DNA of 64,000 bases from Rotaria socialis (taxonomy: Eukaryota), in assembly GCA_905331295.1 (NCBI GenBank), contig CAJNYD010000459.1:288975-352974 (forward strand), written 5' to 3'. The translations under genes were made by a program, and so were the position numbers. A model generated the notes under the pieces. That model was not told the DNA's origin. It saw nothing but the letters and a program-made list of their open reading frames with translations, and did no database searches. Positions within the stretch are counted from its first letter, which is position 1, and the number at the start of each line of letters is the position of its first letter. This document shows, piece after piece, positions 1 through 13,600 of this stretch.

Positions 1-49
1 TCAAAGTACCTCAAAGTACTTAAAGTACAAAAGTACGATGTTTCCCCCT
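1..49. mobile_element. Probable end of a DNA transposon/MITE with short AAAGTAC subterminal repeats, cut by the window edge
   Basis: Four copies of aaagtac in 36 bp followed by gatgtttccccct (reverse complement AGGGGGAAACATC, like a hAT-type terminus). The other end is not visible. Confidence 0.35.
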
Positions 50-117
50 TGGATATTTTTCATAGCAGATCAATCTTCTCAAATGAATTCTATGCTTAAT
101 ATTTGACCAAATTAAGA

Positions 118-2700
118 AATGAATCTTACCAAGCTTATGCTCAGTTATGTCACTCATTCAAACCGAACATTTTCCAATGAATTCTACATCCATCATTCAG
201 GTAACCAATGAATAGCTCATAAGAAGCTAGTTTTCAAATATATTGTCTGCTTCAAATTAAAGTTTTGAATAGATTCTATCTTTCAGGTTCCTGTCACAAA
301 TGAAAGTGTCCTACTAGATTACATTTCAAATATTATTCACGCTGAAACTAACCATTGCAACTCGAAATTTTCTTGAGTATGGACGTGACTAACGAATGAA
401 TTGTACCAATCTTCAGTTCAGGCACTTTACTCACTGAATTCCTAATTTTTATATAAAAATTGTTTAAAAATTTGATGCCGACCATGAATCATTCATAGAA
501 AGTTTATATTCAAATATTTTACTCACTTAAGCCAAACATTTCAAAGAAATCGTATCTTTAACATTCGTATAATAAATGATTAACTCGTATGAAAATTATG
601 TTCAAATTTCTTGCTTGCACAAACGAAATTTTGAAAATAAATAGTATCTATAATATTTGTGTGGTCATTGATTAGCTCAGAAGAAAATACTATTCTTTTA
701 TTGTGATAACTCAAGTAAAAACTTAAAATTTATTTCTATAGTTCAACGATTTTGTTACAAATGAATGACTCCGATTATGCTTTTATTCAATTACATTGTT
801 CTCTCAGGCCAAAGGTTTCGAACAACATGTGTTTCTCTAGAATCTCATTGAAAATGAATGCCTCATAGTACTGTTTTATTCAGATATTTAATTGAGTTTA
901 AATTTAAGCATCATATTCAATAAGCCGCGTTGAGACGAGGCTCAGAATGCATAATTCTAACAACAATTCGATTCAGATGTTTCACAGACTGAAATTCTAA
1001 CAGTGCCGATTTAAAATAAATTTAACGGTTTGATTACATACGAATATTTTACACTAAGAATCTAATTCAATATTTGGTCTCTTTTCTACTTAGTGTTTGA
1101 TGTTGTGCTTGAACTCGAAGTCTACACAACAGATGAATTATAGGGAAGAGAATGATGTGCAAATATTTCTCTCTTCTTGAACCAGTTCGCTCTGTTAACA
1201 ATATACTAAAACATTCTGTCGTCCGTGTATGGTTCGAGTATGAATATTTTCGTATATGTTTCCTGTTAAAAAATCATTGCGAAGACCAATCATACGATGG
1301 AATAAAACATAATAGCTGAATAAAAACTAGCAATTGTCGTTTCCGCTATTTTGTCGCCCGCATGTTAATACTATACAGTTATTCTCCTAATGTAATATTT
1401 CTAAAAATAAGAACTGTCCCAACAACAATATTTCGATACAAATATATCATGGTTCTCAATTTAAGGATTGCTGTTTGTTATCTAGTCCTACATGTTAGCA
1501 CACACGTATATTTCAAACGAAACAATTATTCTAATACTATAAACACACTCACGTGAAAGAGTCACACATAGTAAGACGCTGTACGATCAAATAGAACATC
1601 AACAATTTGTACTACGCTTCTAATCGAATATTTTTCTACAGTTATACCATAGGTTTCTAATTCAATCGAACCTAGAAGAGAACGCACATCATTGTATAAT
1701 TTATAAGAAATTTTCGTTCAAAAATGTTTACATGTATCTGTAATAGATTAGAGAGTCATGGTTCCATAAATGTAGACACACTTTCTGAATTATTCACACT
1801 AACTTTCAGTTCAATTGTTTTCTTCATTTCAAATATAAAGCCTTGTGAGCATAAGATCTTGAATGATCGTACCACAAATGAATCATTCATACTAAATTAG
1901 TAGTCACCTATTTGGCTATTTCGAGTTCAAGATTTTCAATTGGCTTTACACTCACGGTTCACATAGAAATTGAGGAATTTATACAAAGATTTCATTCAAA
2001 TATTATGACCAATGTAAAAAAGTAATGAATCATTCATTGATGAAAAAATTACTTAGCACATAAATAGTTTTAATGAAAATTTTATTCCAGTATTTCTTTT
2101 ATATTCATCAAAATATTTGGAAGCTGTGACATTCTCGGTTTTTAAATAGAACATGAACCGTTCAAATCAATTTTACATTCGAATATTTGATTTGCCGAAA
2201 AAATAGTACTAAAAGTTGGTTATACAGTTCACAACTTCACAGCGAATGAAGAATGCATACCCTTAAGCTGCTATTCTAATATTCTACTTGATTACAGCAT
2301 ATATGATTAAAATACTGATATAGTAAATTTCTTCATCACATATGAAGAATTTATACGAAGCAGCTTTTCAAATATTCTTTCATATCGAAACATCATGAAG
2401 TATTGATGATTTGATTTAGTTTCACATTGAAATAAGACCATTCATACCATCATTCTATTCATATATCTCACTCATATCAACTCATTTTTTTCAAATTAGC
2501 GATTTGGCTCAATATTTCATGAAAATCAAACATTTTAAACAGGCAAAGAATGATTCAAATATTGAACCCAATATAAGACACTCAGTTTCAGTCAGTGATT
2601 AGATTCATGATAACGGAAATTATATATGAGATTTATCGCTGTGTTCACATATATTGTTCATATTTCTGGAAACGGTCTTTCTATGGCTAATAAATAGAAG
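118..2700. repeat. Highly diverged tandem array of about 28 units of about 92-93 bp
   Basis: AATGAAT-like unit starts at 207, 299, 391, 483, 575, 667, 760, 853, 946, 1039, 1132, 1224, 1315, 1406, 1503, 1592, 1691, 1784, 1877, 1969, 2059, 2152, 2245, 2341, 2432, 2528 and 2618. A TCAAATATT-like motif lies about 27 nt downstream in nearly every unit. No long ORF in any frame. Confidence 0.8.
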
Positions 2701-2885
2701 ATCGTTGGAAGTCTACAATTCATACGTCTTGTAGATAGAATATCACGCCATTCACGCAGAGTGAATCTAGGTTCAGCAACTTCCGAATCATCATCCATAT
2801 TGTATGGTGCAGCCAATGCTCTATTATTGACTACCATCAAGATGATGATAAGCATGACGCAAACAAGTTTTATTATATGAGTCAT
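2658..2885 (-). CDS. Small secreted peptide precursor (75 aa), unknown family
   Basis: ATG-initiated single-exon ORF with a typical signal peptide (MTHIIKLVCVMLIIILMVVNNRALA|AP), an acidic segment (DDDSEVAE) and a dibasic RR. A TATA-like run lies about 100 bp upstream. Confidence 0.55.
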   Translation of the reverse strand: MTHIIKLVCVMLIIILMVVNNRALAAPYNMDDDSEVAEPRFTLREWRDILSTRRMNCRLPTIFYLLAIERPFPEI

Positions 2886-2992
2886 CTTTTATTGAAAACG
2901 GTACAGTTGGATACAGTGAAAAGTAGTTGACTGAAGAATGCATGAAGGCGTGTGCTAATGCTAAAGAGCATCCAACAATCATTATATATATA

Positions 2993-3675
2993 CAGTGGCC
3001 GTCAAAATTATTCATCCACGTTTATCTTTCTTGTTTTTCGCTTTCATAACTATATAAAAGATTTTCAATAGTGATTCTGTTGCAGAAAATTGTCCTCAAC
3101 AAGAATATAAGATAATCATTGTTGGAAAGATTTCCTCAAAAACCAGGTCTTCAGAAAACCAAAACTGCACTTTTTCAAGCCTCCTTAAATGTCAACTTCG
3201 ATGGTATTTCTGAGTGCTGGCTTGATAGAGTACGTGATTCTCTACAAAACGAGACGTCCCCGAGCTTCCTATGATGCTCCGTTAAAAGGTTATAAGCATC
3301 ACAAAAACCAAAAAAATGCTGTTTTCATCCATTTTGCGCGAAATTTCGGATTTTTTCTTTTTTTGTGGTGCTTATAACTTTTTAACGGAGCGTCATAGGG
3401 AGCTCGGGGACGTCTCGTTTTGTAGAGAATCACGTACTCTATCAAGCCAGCACTCAGCAGTACCATCGAAATTGACATTTAAGGAGGTTTGAAAAAGTAC
3501 AGTTTCGGTTTTCTGAAGACCCGGTTTTCGAGGAAATCGTTCCAGCAATGATTATCTTATATTCTTGTTGAGGACAATTTTCTGCAACAGAATCACTATT
3601 GAAAATCTTTTATATAGTTATGAAAGCGAAAAACAAGAAAAATAAACGTGGATGAATAATTTTGACGGGCCATTG
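2993..3675. mobile_element. Tc1/mariner-derived hairpin MITE (about 315-bp TIRs, TA target duplication)
   Basis: TA|CAGTGGCCGTCAAAATTATTCATCC...GGATGAATAATTTTGACGGGCCATTG|TA. Arms 2993-3307 and 3361-3675 are near-perfect reverse complements around a spacer of about 53 bp. Confidence 0.9.
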
Positions 3676-6600
3676 TATATATGTATATATATACATACAT
3701 ATCTAGTGTCTGTAAGGATTAGTGGACACCAATAATCTGTTTTTAATTGTGAATAAGAAATCATTGAAGCAAATGTATTACCCCCTTTGCTCGTCAATAG
3801 CCTGCAGACAGCGATATAATGTGAAGAGCGAACAAAGTGTCTATATTTTTTTCATAGGCAAATATTTGTTTTTTCTTGTTGGAGTAATAGAGCTAGAAAC
3901 TATTATTTTAATGGCTTTCTACCCAGATAGTTAGTGACAAGTAAAATCAATATGTGGATAATAAATAAGCATAATGAATGATTTGAATAAATAAAACCAT
4001 TAGATATATAAAGGGAAAAAACATCAAAAATGAAAGGACGTCCGTCAATTAAAAACATTCATTGGTGTGCTTGCTAGATAATTGTAAGAAATGCTACGTA
4101 TATTCTGTGTGAAAATGAATGACAACTGGTTCTAGACTTGTATTTACGAAAGTCTTTCGTAACAGCCTGCTTTTGTGTAGTAAAAGCGTTCCCTCACACA
4201 ATGCTACATCTCATTCTCATAGATAAACTTAACCATTAAATATTGTTATTAGACTATATCGTTGAAAAGTAATTATATTGTTCGTTTTCTTATTTGAAAC
4301 CATCGCTAGATTGGATCTTTTATTTAAATTGAATACTCAAACTTCGAAAAAATATAGATGATATTTTCCAGTATTATAATATTCAAAATATCAAAATATT
4401 TGGATTATTTTTCATCAGGAAGTGCTGAAGTCTCGCGAAATAACTTGAGTTAAATCATAAGGAATAATTGTAACTTTAAAAACAATAATAGTACGAGAAA
4501 AAAATAATCGCTAGCTGCTGGTATAGTGGACACATCAGTTAGGGTCGAGCGAAGAATTCACAAAGTTTAATTTTTTATTAGCATAACTGAATGAAGGATA
4601 AAGTAACAAGCAACTAGATCAATCAAAAATACTTTTTTTTGTTCTCTTTGAAAAGAATTAAATAGCAAATGTATTGAGATAGATAGATAGAATAAATTAG
4701 AATACGATTGTATCTTTAATATTTCTTCTGCTTTCTTGAATCATTAGAGATATTTATTGTTTATCAAACGGAATCGTTTGATATTCTCGAGAAAACCGTA
4801 TATGGATTATAACATGTAAATCATAGATAGGCACTTTCACAACCGGTTTTTTTTCTAGAATTCCATTCCAAGTTTACTTGAATTTCACTTTGATTCTAAT
4901 GAGGAAAAGTGTTCCCTTCCGAGTTAACTTTATACTTGAATAGAAGTTGTCCGTCTCCATAACGAACTATTTAACTGAATAACAATAAACATGAAACCTA
5001 CGAAAGAACAAACCTCTATATAATTTAAAGGTGTACATATTGATTAGTGGTGTTGTATCTACTGTTTTCTAATAGCATAATTTTCTTATATTGCTTTTGT
5101 ACAAGCAATCACAAACCCAACAATAGCTATCTGATCATGCTGATTACAATCAATTACATATATTTTTCTTCACGAAGATAGACGAAAAGTGTTTCAGAAA
5201 AAATATCAAACAAATAACCAGAACAGTAGCATTTTGCTTTAGAAGAAAGCAATGTCGTTAGATTGTGTGTTGTAAACCTTTTCCTTGAGTAAAATTTTGT
5301 TCATCTCCCTGATGTGAGCAAAAATAGATTCTAGTTATATATTCAATGATTAGTCTTTATTTTATCGATAATATACATACTATTCTTCGTGTAAGCTTAA
5401 TTTCTATGATTAGACTGAGAAATTTGATCTCAATAAATCAGCATGATGAACATTTTATTTCGAATCCAACTGTTTCTTTTATTTAACAAATAAATATTTC
5501 GTAGTAAAATTTTTAGAAACAACCCCGTTACATAACATAGCGCATATTTAAGTGAGAGTACTCTAGAAAAACAAATGAAAACGAAGTATTCTTGTCTTCT
5601 CATTTGTGCATTTATCACTGAAATTATTACTCATTTTCATTTTTGATTAATAGAATTAATATACGCAACAGTGCAAAGAGTGGAAATCCTAGTTGAAAGC
5701 TAGGAATAAAATAATGACAAGAGAAGTGATTTTCTTAACGGAAAATGGCAAACTGCCAATTTCATAATAATCTAAGATTGACGAATTCATATAAAGCTTA
5801 ATCTAAAAATAGAGCAATTACTTCACCGTAAAATTCATCGAAAATTATTTCTCCTGTCAAAAACAAATCTTACCATGACAATAGATGTGCAAGTGAAGTT
5901 CAGATTGAGTGCTTTAAAATTTATGCACACTCTTTCATGTCGCAGAATTATATTTACGGCGAAATCAAGTTTCTTTTCATTTTAAATCTGAATGATTACA
6001 TTTTAGAAACATCTAAAAATATGCTTGAGACTTGGTTATGCAGGCATGAAGTTTTTTTTTTTAATTGTCAACATGACGTTGACTACTGAAATTAGATTTA
6101 AATTTGATTTATAGATCGTCCTGTGAGGAAATAATGCCTGCATTCTTTTATCTTATGGTAAAATGTATCCTATCGCTATGAGTTCTGGTGTTAATCAGCA
6201 ACGTAGCATTAATCGTTGTATCTCAATGTGCAGTTATAATATTATAAGAAACTATTGAGTTTATGAGAATATTTAATTTTTTGAATTCATTTTACTTAAT
6301 GAAAATGCCACTTTTAACTACTTGAGATTGTCGTGAACAATAAAAAACTTCATTAGTAGATAAAATAATATCCTGTGTTGTTAGAAATACAGTTTTTATA
6401 TGTTAAATCTGTTGTTTCGTGAATGTCAACATGCATCAATTTAAAAAAAAAGTCATATATTTTATGAAATTTATCAATAGACTTAGCCTAACTACTATAT
6501 ATTATCTCTTTAAATAATGTCGATAATTCTAGACGATTGCAAAAATTATATTTCACTTCAATAATTTGACAACATGCGAGGAGAAACATCGAAATCGATG

Positions 6601-6751
6601 GAACGTTGAAGCGTTATTCCGGACCGGAAGGTCTGCAGAATTTTCTGATGATATACGATCTTTTCCGGTCGGAATAACATGAAATTGCTGAAACCTTTCG
6701 ATTCAAGTTGTAGCTTCAGAATTCCATCGCTTGGCAATGTTTTCCTGCCTC

Positions 6752-7217
6752 CCCGTGTCGCTCAAACCGCCCAGTTAACCGGATGGTTAACCGAACGGTT
6801 AATTACGGTTCTTCAGCTAAATTCTTTTCTGTATTAGAAAGGGTGAAAATGTTTAAACTCTTAGAAAATCGTTCAAAATATGCCAAAACCGCGAACCTCA
6901 TATAATTGCAACGCGCTGAAGCCGCAGGTATTAGCCATATTAACTACAATCACCTAGTTTTCGAGTTTACGATTTATTAAAGATGGCACTATAAAAATAG
7001 TTGTTTCATTCATAACTTAGCCAACAGGAAAATTAACTAAGACATATCAGAGAATGCACTATGGAATAATTATTTCGATTTTTGTGAGTTGCAATCCACT
7101 ATTGATGGACTAAAAATATTAATTTAGAAGAAAAACTATTAGAAATGCGCTAAGCGACGCGAAACTGCACTGAACCGGCAGTAAGCGACGGTTCTAATGA
7201 AAAATGAGCGACATGTG
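6752..7217. mobile_element. Degenerate MITE-like element with short TIRs
   Basis: Left cgtgtcgctca matches the reverse complement of right tgagcgacatg. Internal aaccgg/cggtt motifs. It sits beside another GC-richer repeat remnant (ttccgg motifs, about 6590-6750). Confidence 0.35.
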
Positions 7218-10200
7218 TCAGTAAAGTCGTACTTCTTGATCTCAGACCAAAATCGTTCAGTCATATTTCTGATATTGTTATCAATCGGTCATACTTTGTT
7301 ATCAGAAAAATTGAACTCTTTTAGAATAAAATCAAATCAAAGAAGAAATCTTTACCAATATTAAATATCAAATATCAAAGTCTAACAAGTAGAGAAACTT
7401 CATTTATCATTAGTATATATATTGAGAGATCCTTCACAATATTTAATCAAAATAGTTTGATCTGAAAATATCTATTAGAGAGCTTTCCTGAAAGAATTCT
7501 CCATTGCTGTTATTTAAGAACAGATAATGAGAATTAAATCGCTTCGAACAAATTTTGTGCTTTTGCCTGTTGTTTACTAGATCGAGTAGATCTAATAAGC
7601 TCGAATGAAGATATTCTCAGTGTTTAAGGACCAGCAATCATGATGGGATAACTGAATTTCAATAGGTAGATCAACGTTTTGATATAGTCAATAGTTCTAG
7701 TAATTATCTATAATGTGATGCTTTGCAAGAGTTAAAACAAAAAATAAAAGTCTAGGAGAATTAATAGTAAATTTGAGCTTGAATTCATTTATTACTGTAC
7801 ATAGTCATCGAGTATTAAAGTTTTGCGAGAGAAAGTCAATTAACTGAAAAGCTATGAGCCTAAAGGGTATATATGAGTGGCATAGTAGTTGACAAAGCTT
7901 GAAAAAAAACTGTTAAAATTATATAACCAACACAATATTGTATCATCGTGTTTCAAATAGACAACTATTTTCTAATCGTGCTGTTCGTAGTTTTCGGAGT
8001 TGGAGTTATGTCATGTATTTAATAAATCAATATTTAAATAAAATGCACATTATTTGAACCAAATAAATGAAACTATCAGTGAGCATTTGATTCCTGTTAG
8101 ATCAACAGTCACACTTCCGACTATAATATATAATTATATAGCTCATAATCTACATCGTTAGTCTGTTTATTGAAGTTTACTAATATGTTAAGTACGAATT
8201 TTTTTCTATTCACTTTCTGAAAGTAAATCAATTTTTTTTTTAAGATTAGCAAATCTTTTTTTCTAATGGAAATGCTTTGAAAATGTACTGTCTCGTTCTT
8301 CAGTTTACATTCATCACATGTAAATAGAATAGAAATTTTAACTTCTTCTACCGGCATAGCTGCACATGCATATTTTTTCTATTCGTCACTAATAGCGGAA
8401 CAGAGAGACAAGCCGGCATAACTAGCCGATAAAAATTCACACGTTATTGTCGATTTCATCATTAGTAAAGAATAGAAAAACAATTCTATACTGTATATAT
8501 ATAGGCCGCTTTTCCAATAGAAAAAAGTTAAAATTTCCATTTTATTCTCTATCTTATCTTATTTCCATACGAACAAAATGAATTGAAGGAGACAGCAGAT
8601 CTCGGAAAACATTTTTATTAAAAAAATGAATAAATCTAATATTAATCATTTAGAAAAAAAAACAAGAGAAGCCATTATAACTATTATTTATAATAGCAAG
8701 TTTTCTTGACGTCACAAAAATATTCTATTATACGAACACGCTCATTAAGACTTGAGGGTAAATCAGTGTAGATTAAGAATGTTTCCTGTTGAGAAAAAAG
8801 TTAACTTTACGTGAGTAAATAGAATTTAGATGAAACTTTCTACAAATTTCTGATTTAACGAAGTCGACTAATAGAAAAATTTATCCTTCGTTACCCTACT
8901 GTTTGAAAATCTTTACGCGAGCTAGACCATAACTAAACTGTTAATGCATGAATTCTTTTACCATGCATCGAAGTATACGACTGAATAAAACTTCTTTTCC
9001 GAATGAGCTATTTATTTAGAACTTTAGTACATAACAAAAGCTGTTGCAATAAGATGAAATTCACTAACAAATTTCAGTTCAGTTAAAAAAGTTCTTTTCT
9101 CATCGAAATTAATATGACGCTCTTCATAAATAAATCGAACAGTATTCTACTACCTAGATCAAATCCGATTGAAACGAAGAATATGTGACAATGAATCCGT
9201 AAACTATAGCTATTTTTTATTTATCTATCTGTAGATATCAACATGGAATTTTAATGATGTATATATTAATGGCAAAAACTCATCGATTGCCCTAGAATTG
9301 TGCTTGAATATATATATAGTTAATAGAAATTGAAGTTCTCATGGCGATTTGCCTGAGTTCATTTAAGAATTTTATCATAGAAAATTTGAGAAATTCGAAA
9401 TACATGCCTGCAGAGCTAGGTCAAAGCTCAAATGTTTTCTAATGAATATTTCAAATGAACACTTCAGGGTATACGTTTTTGTATCGAGCTCATATTTCTG
9501 ATGATAATGAATTTTTTATCAATGTAGAGAAACCCCTTTAAGATAAATTTGGGTTTAATTGAAAACGACGATAACACTGCTTAATAGGATCATGACTATA
9601 TCTTTACACATACAAACTATATTACTTTATTTTTTCAATAATAACACAATGTAATAGCAATCTTTATTAATAATCATTTTGATCGTGATAATTTCCATAG
9701 ACAGAAAACGGAATGTGATATACTCAAACAATAAGCATGTCATAAAAAAATATTAATTCTTTTGACCAAAAAAGTTCTCAACATGATTTGAGTGCAGCAT
9801 GCCAAGATTTATGACATGGAAGTACTATAAAAATAGAAGAGAAATAGAAATATCTAATAAATCATGGTAAATGGGTATGACAAATAAATATTATTCAAAA
9901 ATAAATAAAACGAACGTTCAGATCTACTTCATCTACCTAATGAATTCATTTATCTTAAAATTCAATGTGTAATTTTTGTAAGATTAGTTCTTGCCAGATT
10001 TGTTAATAGCTAATCAATTATGAACTACGCATAAGTATTTATATTTGTTTAGCTCGGGTTTTTTTTTTAAATACAAAAAAAGGACAGACGCGTTTGAACG
10101 GAATGAACTAAAGAGTAGGCGCAAAGTAAGGTGACGCATAAGAGCGAAGACAATATGAGATTTAACAAAAGAGAAGTAATAGTTTTAAGGAAAAAGGCTG

Positions 10201-10457
10201 AGACAATGTATATACTAGTCAGCGACGTTAAAAGAAAAAGAGATCAAATAGAGAGACAAATGTATCTATACAATGTTTTTATAACAATAAATAAAAAGAA
10301 GATATAACGAAGAGTAGAGAAAGAAAAGAGATTCCTTTTGTACAGACAATGATTTTTCGATGTTAACTACAGAAAAAAACTGAAAATACACAATTGGAAT
10401 GAAAGGCACACGGAAAAAGAAACACAACAAGAAATATGTTCAAGATACACACACATC

Positions 10458-10503
<46 letters not shown>

Positions 10504-10635
10504 CAGGAACGTAATCGTATTTGGTACTACTACTGTTCAAATGGACAAAGTGTGCGCAATCGGGAGACAAATAATCAACACGACGACAAAAAAAATAAAA
10601 ATAAAAATGCAAGAAGCAAATCAGATCATTTGTTC

Positions 10636-13600
10636 TTAGAGGGATTCGACATAAGTAGCCGGGTAAAGGCCTATTCGATTACCAACACGTCCTTTACACC
10701 AACCTTGATCATCTTCATCTTCTATTTTTGTAAATATATCACCTAAAAGAGATCAGAAGAAAAATAAAGAACATATATAAAGAAAAATAGAATATATATA
10801 TAATGAACTAACCTTGTTTAAATGAGAGTTCATCTTCCTCTTGTGCATCATAATCATACAGAGCTCGAACAGATACACCGGCACTACTATCAAGTGAAGA
10901 ACCTTCTGCTGATGTTGGTGATTGATGCAACGGTTGATGAGATGATGATAATGAATCTCCGTTATTTATATCATCCTCTTCATAAAATGGATTTGCTGTT
11001 GGTGGATATGATGTTTGGTAAGCTGGTATGCTATTTGTTGGATATGCTGGTAACGATGAATGACCATTATTACTTGTGCCTGCTCCATAACTAAAATCAT
11101 AAATATTTTAAAACATATATTTTATTAAATATGCATGTAACAAACATCATACAAAAAGCATGCATCAACTGTTGTAACAGTTACAATAAATAAATAAAAT
11201 TGTTTTTTAGATATTGCATTGCAAAATAAAATAGTAAAAAGCTTAGCATAGCATCATCCGATGAGCGAATTCCCATTCTTTTTTAATAAAACATGACCTT
11301 TGTCGATTAATGATAAATGAGATTAAGAAAAAAAATGGAAATGTCTTTCTGTCAATGCTCAAAAACAAATGAGGAAACACGCAAAGCAAGTAAATGCAAC
11401 ATATCTTTAGTTTTCTTTACTTCTTTCTTTTTTTTTTCTATTTATATTCTTTCTACCCAAAGTTTTCTGTTTTGTTAATACTTGTCGATGCTTTTATATT
11501 CATTTTAAAATCAATTATAGTCCTTCTCATTGAAAGAATGTTCTTCGTCAAAGCAATTCATATCCAAAACAAGATAAATCAATTGATGACGTAGTATTAC
11601 TAGACAACAGAGGAAACAAGCACATAAAACATACTGGTGAACGAGACAAATTGAATATATATTAATGAAGATGATGATGAACACCTACTCATTTGTCCAA
11701 GAATTAGCGGCCCAACTGGGTGATACGTCAGGTGGAGCTGAAGTCGGTTGATAGGCCGCCGTATAGGGCAAAGCTGATGCTGACTCAGCCTCTTCGTTGT
11801 ATGCAGCATTGCTGATAGAGAATAAGGAAATAAAATTATAGAGTTTCGAAATAAGAAAACAAATTGAACGCATACAATTTAAACTCAAAGCTAATGTTTT
11901 ATTCTTTGCCAAATAGAATTCGAATATGAAAATTGTCTTACTTAGTTGATGATCGATTATCAACGGGTGCAATATTTGATGATGGATTAGTATTTGATCG
12001 AATAGCCGTGACAACAACTGGATTTTCTTTGTCAAGATCGCCTTTAGCACGACGAGAAAGTGTACGTTGTGCTTCCGTATATTCCTAAAACAAATCCAAT
12101 ATATACATAAATAAACATAGACGTTTCGTCAGTTAGTAGCAGAAAATTTCTATGTTTATAATATATAACGTCAATATTAGTTAGTCAAAAAAAAAAAGAT
12201 CGATAGAAAAACAAACCAAAGAACCAAACTATATAGTAAAATAAGATAAGTAAAGAATAAATATAGTAAAACCTATCGATACCCAAAGTAGAAAACGAAA
12301 AACAAAACAGATATTATCAGTAAGAGTGCAAAAATATACGCAAAGTAACCAATATAAGTTTTATATCTATAAGTGGGAGCCTAATTTTAAATATATTTAT
12401 AATCTACTTCACGCTTGGCAAGATCTCGACGAACGCGTGTAACAACAGCAGCTGTTCGTCGCATCGATCGACGAATAGTTGCATAAGAATCGACAACCAA
12501 TACTCGTGTATCATATGCAACAGTCGCACTTGTTTGACTAACAAAATGTGCTAATTGTCGACGATTATACGTATCATTACCCATTGATAAATCATTAGCA
12601 CAATGAGAAAAACGATTTTGTTGTTGCTGATGAACTAGATTTGTTGATTCCTAAGGACGAGTAGTAGTAGAAGTAGTAGTAGTAAAGAGTGTATAATCGA
12701 AAAGTAGAAGCAAGATTAACAAGGTTTTCTTTTTTTTTTCTTATTTCGTAATCAAAGAATAGAAATAGATCAATTCAAGAAAGAAGCATTATTGACATAG
12801 AAGAAAATTTCATCAGTACATAAGCAAGACTAACATACCTCAAATGTAGGCCAATTCATTTTCATACCGGCACCATATATTTCCGACCACCATATTAAAT
12901 CTTTATCAGCATCGCAATTTTTAATAATTTGAGAAAATTGTTGAAAATTTGCTGATCTTTAAAATAAACAAACAAACACGCAAATATTATTAATTCATTA
13001 ATTAATACTGAAAAGTAAGATTAATTTTGTGTGCAAAACATAACAAATCCTTATAGACAGAAAAAAGCACGAATCTAATGAGATATACTTTGACATACTG
13101 TAATCGATGGCTTAGATCAAGACATTTTTCAGTGGCACCGAAGAATTCTCGAAATTTAACAAGACGATCTTTTTCAAATGTTTGACACCGGGAGAAAACC
13201 TATTAGAAAAAAAGAAAGAAATGTAATCAATCATTGTCGATGATAATATTTAATACATACATCGTTCATATCATCCATATATTTTGGATTCGCTCGATTA
13301 AGTTCTTGAAGACCTTCATTATATTTAGTTTTAGCTGCTTCTTTTTCTTTTCGGCACTTGTCAAGTTTTTCTGTTGCTTTAGCGCGCTAAAATAATAATA
13401 TTTTCATTGTAGAAACTGAAAAAAAAACAATTTTTTTTACTTGATCCAATGGTACAGATCCATCAAGCTTCGAATTACTTTCTTGTGTTTCGGCCATTTT
13501 AAGATTTTTTGTTGCCGTATGATAGTCACGTTTGTATTTATCAACCTTAACATATAATTTAGCCCATGGTTTTTGTGCCTGAAAAATAGTTCTAGTAGAA

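Noticed and set aside
118..2700. Array as a 31-aa repeat protein or a CRISPR array
   Set aside because: Stops in the frames checked and many 92-bp steps break frame; no invariant direct repeat.
3189..3377. 62-aa ORF, and similar ORFs at 27485-28732, 30563-31350 and 60578-61122
   Set aside because: They lie within MITE arms, are mirrored on both strands and show no transposase motifs.
3700..10300. Long gene-poor region searched for genes, arrays or foreign DNA
   Set aside because: Only short low-complexity ORFs and repeat remnants; nothing supportable by eye.
10367..10746. ORFs with YIYIYI runs
   Set aside because: Products of an (AT)n/(GT)n microsatellite in the syndapin 3' region.
11480..11600. 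Second alternative exon in syndapin
   Set aside because: In the required phase it stops after about 17 codons; too little support.
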